Part shown: positions 8,561 through 17,213 of the stretch, one piece after another
Position numbering within the stretch: the first letter of the stretch is position 1
How the letters are laid out: each line of letters opens with the position of its first letter
Assembly (NCBI GenBank): GCA_016787895.1
Contig: JAEUTN010000005.1
Location: 214,811 to 278,810 of the forward strand
Origin: Bacteroidia bacterium
Lineage (GTDB): Bacteria > Bacteroidota > Bacteroidia > B-17B0 > Aurantibacillaceae
DNA: 64,000 bases
Direction: 5' to 3'
Made by a program: the position numbers and the translations under genes
Notes under the pieces: model-generated
The model's input: the letters and a program-made list of their open reading frames with translations, nothing else
What the model was told of the DNA's origin: nothing
Database searches by the model: none

Positions 8561-9652
8561 ATGAAAAACACTTTATTACTCATTGCATGCACACTGTTGT
8601 TTTCTGTTTTCAACAACATTTATTCTCAGGCAACCGGAAACGACATTTACAACTCAAACAACCGGTTTCTACAAAACAGTGTATACCGGGGCAGCGCAGA
8701 TAAACGATATAAAAGTGCGCAACCACAAGTAAGCACTGAAAATAACATTCACTTTCAAAGCACCGCTTTGTCTGGCAATTCACTCACGGCCTGGAACACG
8801 AACAACAATGAAATGGTGGTAAATGTAAATATTCTGTACAACGCCAAACCGTCCGCCTTTATGGCAATATTTCATGTCAATCAGGCGGCAGAAAAAATCA
8901 GTGAGCTGGATACATTGATGAACAGAAGGGTAGAAAAATTCATCGCACTGGCTAAAAATATCGGGCTAAAACGCGACAATTTCTATCTGGACATGATTGC
9001 TCTTGTACCCATTTATTCCAAAGAAAAACGTGTTTTTTCCAAAACATACACTCAGGTTCCAAAAGGATTTGAAATGCAGAAAAACATTCATGTCAAATAT
9101 CAGGATCCGAACCAACTGGACCGATTATTTGCGATGGCCGCGCAGTGTGAAATATATGATCTGATCAAAGTAGAATACCTTTTTGATTCTGCCGAACTCG
9201 CAGGCCAGACCATGCGCAACAAAGCCCTTCAGTGCCTGAACGCAAAACTGGCTGGTTATAAAAAAATAGGCATTTCTCTGGATACCAGTTTCAAACAACT
9301 CACAGAATCAGGCAATATTTATTTCCCTATTGACCGGTATCAAGCCTATAAACCACTGGCTATAAGCAGTGTGGAAGAAATGGACAAACCCGATGACGCT
9401 GGTACATTAATGAAAACCGGTGCAGGAATGGTTACCCGAACCACCGTATTTTATAATCAGGCAAACATCGAAGGATTTGATGCGGTATTCAACCCATCGC
9501 CACTCCAACCACCCATACAGTTTGTATACAACCTTACGGTTCGGTACAGGTACAATCAGGCAAAAGAGGTCATTACCGTTACAAAAACGGAGAAAACAAC
9601 AGAATTGCTGATTGTAACACCGCAGGGAGAAATCAAAGAAATCAAGAAATAA
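8561..9652 (+). CDS. hypothetical secreted protein (possibly SIMPL/DUF541-like)
   Basis: The signal peptide is MKNTLLLIACTLLFSVFNNIYSQ. The central segment AKPSAFMAIFHVNQAA...MNRRVEKFIALAKNIGLKRDNFYLDMIALVPIYS resembles the SIMPL fold pattern, but the assignment is weak. Confidence 0.55.
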   Translation: MKNTLLLIACTLLFSVFNNIYSQATGNDIYNSNNRFLQNSVYRGSADKRYKSAQPQVSTENNIHFQSTALSGNSLTAWNTNNNEMVVNVNILYNAKPSAFMAIFHVNQAAEKISELDTLMNRRVEKFIALAKNIGLKRDNFYLDMIALVPIYSKEKRVFSKTYTQVPKGFEMQKNIHVKYQDPNQLDRLFAMAAQCEIYDLIKVEYLFDSAELAGQTMRNKALQCLNAKLAGYKKIGISLDTSFKQLTESGNIYFPIDRYQAYKPLAISSVEEMDKPDDAGTLMKTGAGMVTRTTVFYNQANIEGFDAVFNPSPLQPPIQFVYNLTVRYRYNQAKEVITVTKTEKTTELLIVTPQGEIKEIKK

Positions 9653-9673
9653 AGCCTTTTGCGACTGGTTTAT

Positions 9674-9700
9674 CCCACCCCGGTGAAAGCCGGGGTGAGA
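9674..9700. terminator. hairpin between convergent genes
   Basis: CACCCCGG-TGAAAG-CCGGGGTG is an 8-bp GC-rich stem sitting between the stop of 8561-9652 (+) and the stop of xth (-). There is no strong T run on either side. Confidence 0.45.
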
Positions 9701-9712
9701 TGCCAGAATACA

Positions 9713-10480
9713 TTATACATCGAGGGTTACCCACATAGGGCAATGATCTGAATGGCGTGCATCCGGCACAATTCGTGCATCAAGAACAGCGGATTCCAGA
9801 TTGTCTGTAACACTGATATAATCTATTCTCCAGCCCTTGTTGTTTGCCCGGGCATTGGCCCTGAAACTCCACCAGGTATATTGATGTGGTTCCTGATTGA
9901 TTTTACGGAAAGTATCTGTAAAACCATGGGTAAACCATTTTTCCATCCACTCCCTTTCTTCCGGCAAAAATCCTGTATTGTTTTTATTTCCAACCGGGTC
10001 ATGAATATCTATGGGTTTGTGACAAATATTGTAGTCTCCGCAAATCACCAGTTTGTTCAATTCTTTTTGCAATTTTTTGCTGTATTCATAGAAATAATCC
10101 AGAAATCTGTATTTCACTTCCTGCCGGTGATCACCGCTGGTACCGCTGGGAAAATAGACTGAAATCACACTGAATTTTTCAAAATCAACACGTATCACGC
10201 GACCTTCATGGTCATATTCCTCGTGATCGCAACCATAATGTACGTGAACAGGCTTTTGTTTACAAAAAACAGCTACTCCACTATACCCTTTTTTTATGGC
10301 AGAAAACCAGAAATGATGATACCCCAGTTTTTCGATGGATTCAATATCGGCTTGTTCCTGTGTGGCTTTGATTTCCTGAAGGCATACAATGTCTGGATTT
10401 TCCTTTTTCAGATAATCGAACAGGCCTTTGCTGGCTGCGCTGCGGATGCCATTGACGTTGTAGGTGAGAATTTTTATCAT
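9713..10480 (-). CDS. xth: exodeoxyribonuclease III
   Basis: MIKILTYNVNGIRSA...DIVCLQEIK...WRIDYI..., ending SDHCPMWVTLDV, shows the EEP-family ExoIII/APE motifs. Confidence 0.92.
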   Translation of the reverse strand: MIKILTYNVNGIRSAASKGLFDYLKKENPDIVCLQEIKATQEQADIESIEKLGYHHFWFSAIKKGYSGVAVFCKQKPVHVHYGCDHEEYDHEGRVIRVDFEKFSVISVYFPSGTSGDHRQEVKYRFLDYFYEYSKKLQKELNKLVICGDYNICHKPIDIHDPVGNKNNTGFLPEEREWMEKWFTHGFTDTFRKINQEPHQYTWWSFRANARANNKGWRIDYISVTDNLESAVLDARIVPDARHSDHCPMWVTLDV

Positions 10481-10539
10481 TTCAATACTACAATAATGTA
10501 TAGAATTATTTATATTATAAAGTGATTAACAGAATTAAA

Positions 10540-11274
10540 TTACTTGGTTGTTGTAAAAGTAAACATAATCCGGATTCCAGCCTGATGACCAATCCAACCC
10601 AGATCATCCGTGTCTGTATGCCAGGATTGCGGATTCATTGATACATTCAGATTTAACAGCCCCCGCCGACCCGCCTGGGGCGCTACATCGCGGCGAAAAT
10701 AGAATTCAGCTGACAACCCTTTCTTGCCGGGTGATGTGAGGCGAATAAAAGGGCCCAAACCCAGCGATGCCGGATTTCCTGGCTTTGCCCATTGAACTTT
10801 ATTGATATTGTCCGGTGCTCCAGACCGGGTATACACATTCAGTGATATCATATCACAACTTAATCCAACTACTACAGGACTATTTATTCCTTGAGGGGCA
10901 TAGCCAAATGCCGCTTCCAAGTTGGTATAGCGAGTTTTCACCTGTTTTCTCTGAATGTCTCCGTTACTGTTTGGCCCTTCCGCATACTGTTTTTGTCCAC
11001 CGCGGGCATAGGTTAAATCAGCGATAAACCCTCTGGTACCCAAACTCATTTTAAATGCGGCACCAGACAGGTTTCCCACAGATTCCAGTTTTTTCGTAAG
11101 GCTCGGTCGGTTTTCATTGTAACGTTTGAAAATATAGTTAAGGTCTTCGAGGCCTTTCTTAGACGTAAAAAATGCGTTATAACCCAAATAAAACCTGAAA
11201 CCAGATTGTGCATACAAGTCTGATTTATTAAAACTCAGGAACAAAACCAACAGAGTGATTAAAATTTTCTTCAT
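10540..11274 (-). CDS. outer-membrane beta-barrel-like protein, unknown function
   Basis: The signal peptide is MKKILITLLVLFLSFNKSDLYAQ. The 244-aa sequence shows an alternating hydrophobic pattern. Confidence 0.55.
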   Translation of the reverse strand: MKKILITLLVLFLSFNKSDLYAQSGFRFYLGYNAFFTSKKGLEDLNYIFKRYNENRPSLTKKLESVGNLSGAAFKMSLGTRGFIADLTYARGGQKQYAEGPNSNGDIQRKQVKTRYTNLEAAFGYAPQGINSPVVVGLSCDMISLNVYTRSGAPDNINKVQWAKPGNPASLGLGPFIRLTSPGKKGLSAEFYFRRDVAPQAGRRGLLNLNVSMNPQSWHTDTDDLGWIGHQAGIRIMFTFTTTK

Positions 11275-11322
11275 GGTTAAGAAATATTTTACAACAAATA
11301 TAAGAACCTATTCCAGATTCAC

Positions 11323-11985
11323 TCAATCCCAGCACTCCATCAAAAGAAGGTGCCCGGACTGGTAGGACATTTCCACAAAACCATCCAGAAGAGACTGGTT
11401 GCTGCTTCCACTGCGGTAGGGTAATTGCAGGGTTTCATTGCTCAGATTGTACCTCAGGTTTTGTGTCACTATCCCACCGGCTTCCATCACCGGAATGAGG
11501 GAAAGACGGGTGCCGGCCGGGTACCATTTGCGAAACTCACGGGGTAAATTATAGACCCTGGAATGGTCGTCTACCACACTCACATGCATTTTATCGGCAA
11601 AAAGGGGTAACGTGGTCAGATTGTTGAAGGTATGATCGGCACGCCGGCCCGTAGCCCAGGCGATGTTCACCGCCTTCTCACCGCGTGCCGCGAGGTATTC
11701 GAGGCCTTTGTGCAAATCTGTAAATTCCTGGTCCGGGGTATGAATTATTTCTACATCAGGCATATTATGCAACAAGGCCTTGGGGTGGGGCATGCTGTCG
11801 AAATCACCCAATACTGCATCTATGCGGATTTGAAGGTCCAGCACTCTGGAAAGTGCACCGTCAAGCACCAGTACATATGGATTCCACTCCAGGAGCTGGC
11901 CCAACAAGTCCATGCTGCATGCCTCGCCATTTGCGATTATGAGAGCAGGCTCCTGCCCATCGCGTACAAAATGGTGACTTGACAC
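11323..11985 (-). CDS. thiN: thiamine pyrophosphokinase
   Basis: ALIIANGE...VLVLDGA...DAVLGDFDS...DQEFTDLHKGL fits the TPK catalytic-domain pattern, followed by a C-terminal thiamine-binding domain. Confidence 0.8.
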   Translation of the reverse strand: MSSHHFVRDGQEPALIIANGEACSMDLLGQLLEWNPYVLVLDGALSRVLDLQIRIDAVLGDFDSMPHPKALLHNMPDVEIIHTPDQEFTDLHKGLEYLAARGEKAVNIAWATGRRADHTFNNLTTLPLFADKMHVSVVDDHSRVYNLPREFRKWYPAGTRLSLIPVMEAGGIVTQNLRYNLSNETLQLPYRSGSSNQSLLDGFVEMSYQSGHLLLMECWD

Positions 11986-12060
11986 GGCACAAAGTTCGCG
12001 GTTTTCACGTTGAAGGCAAATGATTGTATTTCCATACCCTGTAAGTATTTTTGACCTTTC

Positions 12061-13596
12061 ATGGTTGGCAACCTTTACAGAAACCGTCTGGTGAACCTGG
12101 GCTTATTGATGTTTGCCACCTTGCTGGGCGGCGGCACCTGGCTGCATTTTTCCGAAACCAGCCTTTACGGAGATTCCGGTGCATTTGTTGCAGTGGCAAA
12201 ACATCTGCTTCTTGGAAAAGTACTTTACCGGGATGTATGGGACATGAAACCCCCTGGCATTTTTCTGATACTCGCTATGTTGATGAAGGGAAGTGCCGGA
12301 TCCCTGAAAGTGTTCCATTTTGTTCAGGCCCTGATGGTGGGATTCTGCAGTCTGTTGCTGTTATCCCATGGTTACAAACGTAATGGGCGGATTGTTTGGT
12401 TCATTCTACCATTGGTGCCGGTATGGCTGTATAGCTGGATGAACTGGACTTACTATCAAAATGGTTTTTTCACTGAAGAATACGGGAGTTATTTCCTGTT
12501 CTTTTCTGCACTGTTGCTGCTGAAAGGAGGCGCCACACGTTATTATTTTCTGGCCGGTATACTGGCAGCACTTGCCTTTCTCTGCAAGGAGTTGTTTGCA
12601 TTTCCCTGTTTGGGCCTGATCGCGTTTCTCATTGCCGAAGAAAGACCATGGAAAATGCCCCTGATTTGGTTTGTTGCAGGTGCGTGTGCCATGCTGGCAA
12701 TCATTGTTGTCTGGCTGGTTTACTCAGGCGCCTGGTCGCATTACCTGGACTATCTGCAATTCGCTTTTGGTTATAGTGGTGTTGGGGGTACAAGCCGACC
12801 CGGTTGGTGGATAGGGATAAAACAGTTCTTTGCAGACTGGGATACCAACACACCCCTGCTGAGGTATTTGTTTTGGGCAGGTGTGGCGGGTTGGGCAGAC
12901 AGGACCTGGGACAACCAAAAGCGGCGAATCAGTCTGATGTGGTCGTTATTGTTCCTGCTTTGCTCTGTATTTCCGGCATTGGGAAAAGTGCAGTACGGAC
13001 ATTATTTCCTTCCGATGGCATTCTTTGGTGGTCTTATTTCGCTGACCGGTGTTTTTTGGTTACAGCACAAATATAAAACACTGATATCACCGCAATGGCG
13101 CGGCCGGCGAATTTGTTATATAGGTATTCCCGCGTTGATTGTTCTGTTGTTTACCTGGCAGGGATGGAACAATTACCGGTACTTCTACCGCGAGAAATAC
13201 CCGCAGGTAACAACTGAGCAAAGTGAGAAAAAGCAGATTCAAAGCATTTGTACAGGATGTACTGAACTTTATGTGGATATGGAATACCATGGCTACCTCT
13301 ATTTCCTCAGTGGTCTTGGATGCAATCTCCCTTTTCTGAGTCCATATGGCGGATATTTTGATGAAAACGGACATCCGGAAGGAGCAGCCCGGAACCGAAA
13401 TCTGCTGCATTCCAGATTTACAGAAAATCCACCAAAAGCCATGCTTAGCGGACAGTCGTTCAGTGCCGGTATCGCATACAGCGGACTTACAGAGTTTGTA
13501 CGCGGCAGGTATAAGATAAGAGACTCTATGGTTACCAGCACCGGAGAAAAGGCGTATCTTTGGGTACTGGAGGGCAACCAATCGGTGAATCCATGA
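12061..13596 (+). CDS. polytopic membrane glycosyltransferase, ArnT/PMT (GT39/GT83)-like
   Basis: It has ~12 predicted helices. The N-terminal loop YGDSGAFVAVAKHLLLGKVLYRDVWDMKPPG is typical of the PMT_2 family. Confidence 0.65.
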   Translation: MVGNLYRNRLVNLGLLMFATLLGGGTWLHFSETSLYGDSGAFVAVAKHLLLGKVLYRDVWDMKPPGIFLILAMLMKGSAGSLKVFHFVQALMVGFCSLLLLSHGYKRNGRIVWFILPLVPVWLYSWMNWTYYQNGFFTEEYGSYFLFFSALLLLKGGATRYYFLAGILAALAFLCKELFAFPCLGLIAFLIAEERPWKMPLIWFVAGACAMLAIIVVWLVYSGAWSHYLDYLQFAFGYSGVGGTSRPGWWIGIKQFFADWDTNTPLLRYLFWAGVAGWADRTWDNQKRRISLMWSLLFLLCSVFPALGKVQYGHYFLPMAFFGGLISLTGVFWLQHKYKTLISPQWRGRRICYIGIPALIVLLFTWQGWNNYRYFYREKYPQVTTEQSEKKQIQSICTGCTELYVDMEYHGYLYFLSGLGCNLPFLSPYGGYFDENGHPEGAARNRNLLHSRFTENPPKAMLSGQSFSAGIAYSGLTEFVRGRYKIRDSMVTSTGEKAYLWVLEGNQSVNP

Positions 13597-13670
13597 AATC
13601 CATCTGAAAATGAAGGATTTTGCTGAGAAAAGCCAATAATTTTGCCAGTACCCCGTTTGAATTGTCACAC

Positions 13671-15230
13671 ATGTCAGTAAAACCACGCATACTTTGGGCC
13701 GATGATGAAATAGATCTGCTGAAACCTCACATATTGTTCCTTGAATCCAAGGGATATGAACTATCAACAGTAACCAGCGGAAGGGATGCTATAGATCAGG
13801 TAAAGGCCGGTGATTTTGACCTTGTTTTTCTTGATGAAAATATGCCGGGCATCAGCGGATTGGATGCACTGGCGAGCATAAAGCAGGAAAAACCTTCCCT
13901 GCCAGTCATCATGATTACGAAAAACGAAGAAGAGCACATCATGGAAGAGGCAATAGGGAGTAAGATTGCCGACTATCTGATTAAACCTGTAAATCCGAAT
14001 CAGATTCTGCTGGCTGTAAAAAAGAATCTGGATGACAGAAGACTGATCAGCCAGCGGGCAACGCAGGGGTACCAGCGTGAGTTTATGCAGATAGGGATGG
14101 CGGTGAGTGACAAGCTCAATTTTGCTGAATGGAAAGAAGTATACAAGAAAGTGGTGTACTGGGAAATGGAACTGGCCAGCACCGGTGAAGATGGGATGAA
14201 AGAAGTTCTTGAAACCCAAAAAGCGGATGCGAACAGGAATTTCTGCCGATACATTACAGACAATTACCAGAGCATGCTGAAAGTAACCGGCGATGAAGGT
14301 CCCATAATGAGCCACAATCTGATTCGCCGGGCAGTGAATCCCATTCTGGATGAGCCGGTTCCCACGTATCTGATATTGCTGGATAACCTCCGGTTTGACC
14401 AATGGAGGGCCATAAGCGGCACTCTGCAGGAAAGATATCGGGTGGACAACGAGGACATTTACCTGAGCATATTACCCACAACCACTCAATACTGCCGCAA
14501 TTCAATTTTCAGTGGGCTGTTGCCTCTGGATATAGAAAAAAGATTTCCAGACAAGTGGAGCAACGATGAAGACGAAGGCGGTAAAAATCTGCATGAGAAA
14601 TTTTTTCTGGAAGACTTACTCAAACGACTGCGCAGAGATATAAAAACAAGTTACACAAAAATCACCAACCTGGATTCTGCCAAAAATCTGGTGGATCAGG
14701 TGCCAAACATGCAGCACAACAAACTGAACGTGGTGGTTTACAATTTTGTAGATAATTTTTCTCATGCCAGAACAGACCTGCATATTGTGCGAGAACTGGC
14801 CGAAGATGAAGCGGCATACCGAAATGTGATGGCAACCTGGTTCAGACACAGTCCGCTATGGGAAGCATTGCAGCGAATCAGCGAAAAACCATGCAGGGTA
14901 ATTATTACCACTGACCATGGAAGCATTCGCGTAAAAGATGCAGTAAAAGTTGTGGGAGATAAAAATGTGAACAGCAACCTGAGGTACAAACAGGGAAAAA
15001 GTCTGAGTTACAATGCAAAAGAGGTGTACGAAGTGCGCAAACCACATGACATATTTTTGCCGTTGTTACATGTAAGTTCAGCTTTCATTTTTGCAAAAGA
15101 AAATGACTTTTTTGCGTATCCGAACAATTACAATTATTACGTAAACTATTATAAAAACACATTTCAGCACGGGGGCATCAGCCTGGAAGAAATGTGCTGC
15201 CCATTGGTGATGCTCAGCCCTAAGACATGA
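13671..15230 (+). CDS. porX: response regulator with PglZ/alkaline-phosphatase-like domain (PorX type)
   Basis: The REC domain is RILWADDEIDLL...DLVFLDENMPGISGLD...MITKNEE.., followed by a ~380-aa PglZ-type domain (YLILLDNLRFDQW...TDHGS...QHGGISLEE). Start chosen at MSVKPRILW. Confidence 0.85.
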   Translation: MSVKPRILWADDEIDLLKPHILFLESKGYELSTVTSGRDAIDQVKAGDFDLVFLDENMPGISGLDALASIKQEKPSLPVIMITKNEEEHIMEEAIGSKIADYLIKPVNPNQILLAVKKNLDDRRLISQRATQGYQREFMQIGMAVSDKLNFAEWKEVYKKVVYWEMELASTGEDGMKEVLETQKADANRNFCRYITDNYQSMLKVTGDEGPIMSHNLIRRAVNPILDEPVPTYLILLDNLRFDQWRAISGTLQERYRVDNEDIYLSILPTTTQYCRNSIFSGLLPLDIEKRFPDKWSNDEDEGGKNLHEKFFLEDLLKRLRRDIKTSYTKITNLDSAKNLVDQVPNMQHNKLNVVVYNFVDNFSHARTDLHIVRELAEDEAAYRNVMATWFRHSPLWEALQRISEKPCRVIITTDHGSIRVKDAVKVVGDKNVNSNLRYKQGKSLSYNAKEVYEVRKPHDIFLPLLHVSSAFIFAKENDFFAYPNNYNYYVNYYKNTFQHGGISLEEMCCPLVMLSPKT

Positions 15231-15661
15231 TCAAACGATTTGATTTTACAGGAGAGGGAGAATTGGATACAATTTGCGATGCAATTTTACAATGGAAACC
15301 CTTTCCGCATATTATCACATTCACGGGTGATCTTGGAGCAGGAAAAACCACACTTATACGCCATCTGGTGCAAAAGATGGGAAGCGAAGAAGCGGCGGTG
15401 AGCCCTACTTTCGGTTTGATTAATGAATATCATTGTGAAAACGGCAGAATGATTTGTCATACCGATTGGTACCGTGTAAAAAGCATGGAAGAATTGCTGG
15501 ATGCGGGGATGACGGAATACACGGACAATCCCCAATGGCTGGTATTGGTGGAATGGCCTGAGGTAGGTGCAGATTTAATGGCAGGTGAACAGGTGTTGTC
15601 TGTTCGCATTTTTCACGGAGATAAAAACCGCAACTATGTGATTTCAGACGAAGCCAATTAA
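15227..15661 (+). CDS. tsaE: tRNA t6A37 biosynthesis ATPase TsaE
   Basis: It carries GDLGAGKTTLIRHL, a Walker A motif, and SPTFGLINEY. There is a 4-nt overlap with porX. Confidence 0.85.
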   Translation: MIKRFDFTGEGELDTICDAILQWKPFPHIITFTGDLGAGKTTLIRHLVQKMGSEEAAVSPTFGLINEYHCENGRMICHTDWYRVKSMEELLDAGMTEYTDNPQWLVLVEWPEVGADLMAGEQVLSVRIFHGDKNRNYVISDEAN

Positions 15662-17124
15662 TGCTGAAGTTTGATCACGCGAATGATGGTATCCTTCATG
15701 GGGCAAATGCTGAATATTTCTTTGCCTTTTGTTGGCCAGAAAAATTGTTGCCTGCGCAATTCAATTTCATAATCTGCCGAATCCCGGCTTTGGACAAAAT
15801 GAAATCCGGCGCGCGCAGATTCTTTCAGGTATTGGGATTGCAACAGGGGTGATTCTGTGAAAGAATATATTTTTTTTTCGGGTTTTGGGTCCTGTTTAGC
15901 CAGCCACTTCAGCGTTTGCAGGGAAGAAAGTCCCCAGTAATCCTGTGTGAATGAATTGGGGCGTATTGCGGCGGCATAAGCCTCATTGAAATACACATAA
16001 CCATAGGGATGCCAGAAGAATGATACAAGTGCTGTGTACCCTGCAATTGAATAAGGCAGCCAAATCGCATTGTATCTGGCAAAAATCCAATCCAACCCGA
16101 ATCCCGAAATAAAAAATATGGGAACCAACAGAAATTGCATATGCCTCCAGCCGTCGTACAATGTGGGTTTGAGAATGGCAATACACAATACAGGGAACCA
16201 AAACGCGGTGAGAATGATCCAAACAATGGCCGAAGATCTGAGTGAGGAACTCATGCATATCCTGATTGTACCTGCAAAAAACAAAGCAATTGTAAGCAGA
16301 GGGACAGATACTCCCAGCCATACCGGCAGGTACATTGAAGGAGAAGCACCGGGAGATATCCATTCACTGTTCCACAACGTTGCAGAAGGCCAGGGATTCT
16401 GAGATGAATATTCAAATATTCTGACCAGTGCCCCGATGGGATTTGACCAAACCCATGGGAAAAAGATATAGAATGAGACAGCGCAGACAGAAATGGAAAT
16501 GAGTGTAAAATGAAGGGCTTTTACAGGACGAATTTCTCTGCGCAACCAAAGCCCTGAAAAACAGACCAGGAACCACAATGCACCACTCAATCTCAGCGTA
16601 ACAGATATTCCTGCAAGAATGGAAAATGCAATCAATGCCTTCCATTTTTTGGTTTCGAAAAATTCAATAAGAAAATACAGGGAAAATATACAAAAAGATA
16701 AGAATAAGGTGTCTTTACTGTTGTAATGTGCGTGCGCAAACAGCGGAGGATAAGCGGCAAACATAACGGTTATGAGACCTGATGTATAGTTGTTTTTAAA
16801 CAGTTTTTTAGCAATGGAATAAAAACCAACCACCGCAATAACGAAAATACCGAAAAGCAAACCATGTCTCAGATACAATTTCACCCACATTGGCTGAGAA
16901 TAAACCAATTGTTCCAGCACATAAGCAGTTGATTCGAAAATGGGTCCGAATGGCCCGTGTTTCTGAACATTCTCCAATGTACCGGAAGTAAAAATGCGGT
17001 TGTTTTCAATTCCTATAGCACGCTGTGTTAATTCATCCAGCGGTACACCATAGTCGGGCATGGTTGCAACGCCGGCTACACAATACAAAGCGATAAAAAG
17101 TTTAAAAAGTACCCCGGGTTTCAT
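15658..17124 (-). CDS. polytopic membrane glycosyltransferase, ArnT/PMT-like (second copy)
   Basis: This 488-aa protein has >10 helices and YPPLFAHAHYNSKDTLFLSF, a PMT_2-like loop. Its stop overlaps the tsaE stop, tail to tail. Confidence 0.65.
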   Translation of the reverse strand: MKPGVLFKLFIALYCVAGVATMPDYGVPLDELTQRAIGIENNRIFTSGTLENVQKHGPFGPIFESTAYVLEQLVYSQPMWVKLYLRHGLLFGIFVIAVVGFYSIAKKLFKNNYTSGLITVMFAAYPPLFAHAHYNSKDTLFLSFCIFSLYFLIEFFETKKWKALIAFSILAGISVTLRLSGALWFLVCFSGLWLRREIRPVKALHFTLISISVCAVSFYIFFPWVWSNPIGALVRIFEYSSQNPWPSATLWNSEWISPGASPSMYLPVWLGVSVPLLTIALFFAGTIRICMSSSLRSSAIVWIILTAFWFPVLCIAILKPTLYDGWRHMQFLLVPIFFISGFGLDWIFARYNAIWLPYSIAGYTALVSFFWHPYGYVYFNEAYAAAIRPNSFTQDYWGLSSLQTLKWLAKQDPKPEKKIYSFTESPLLQSQYLKESARAGFHFVQSRDSADYEIELRRQQFFWPTKGKEIFSICPMKDTIIRVIKLQH

Positions 17125-17156
17125 GCCTGCACGAAAATATGGATAACAACGGTCGT

Positions 17157-17186
17157 AAAAAAAGCCGGATGGTTCCGGCTTTTTTT
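17157..17186 (-). terminator. bidirectional intrinsic terminator after gcvP
   Basis: A7-GCCGGA-TGGT-TCCGGC-T7 is a perfectly symmetric hairpin flanked by A and T runs. Confidence 0.8.
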
Positions 17187-17213
17187 ACGATTACTTCAGA
17201 ATCAAAAACGGAT

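Noticed and set aside
13087-14402. 226-aa and 212-aa minus-strand ORFs
   Set aside because: They are antisense shadows of the ArnT-like gene and porX, with no motifs and overlapping well-supported genes.
13671-15230. PglZ domain as a hint of a BREX/PGL phage-defence system
   Set aside because: The PglZ-type domain is fused to a receiver domain and followed by tsaE, which is the PorX architecture. No PglX methyltransferase, BrxC ATPase, BrxL or other BREX partners are nearby.
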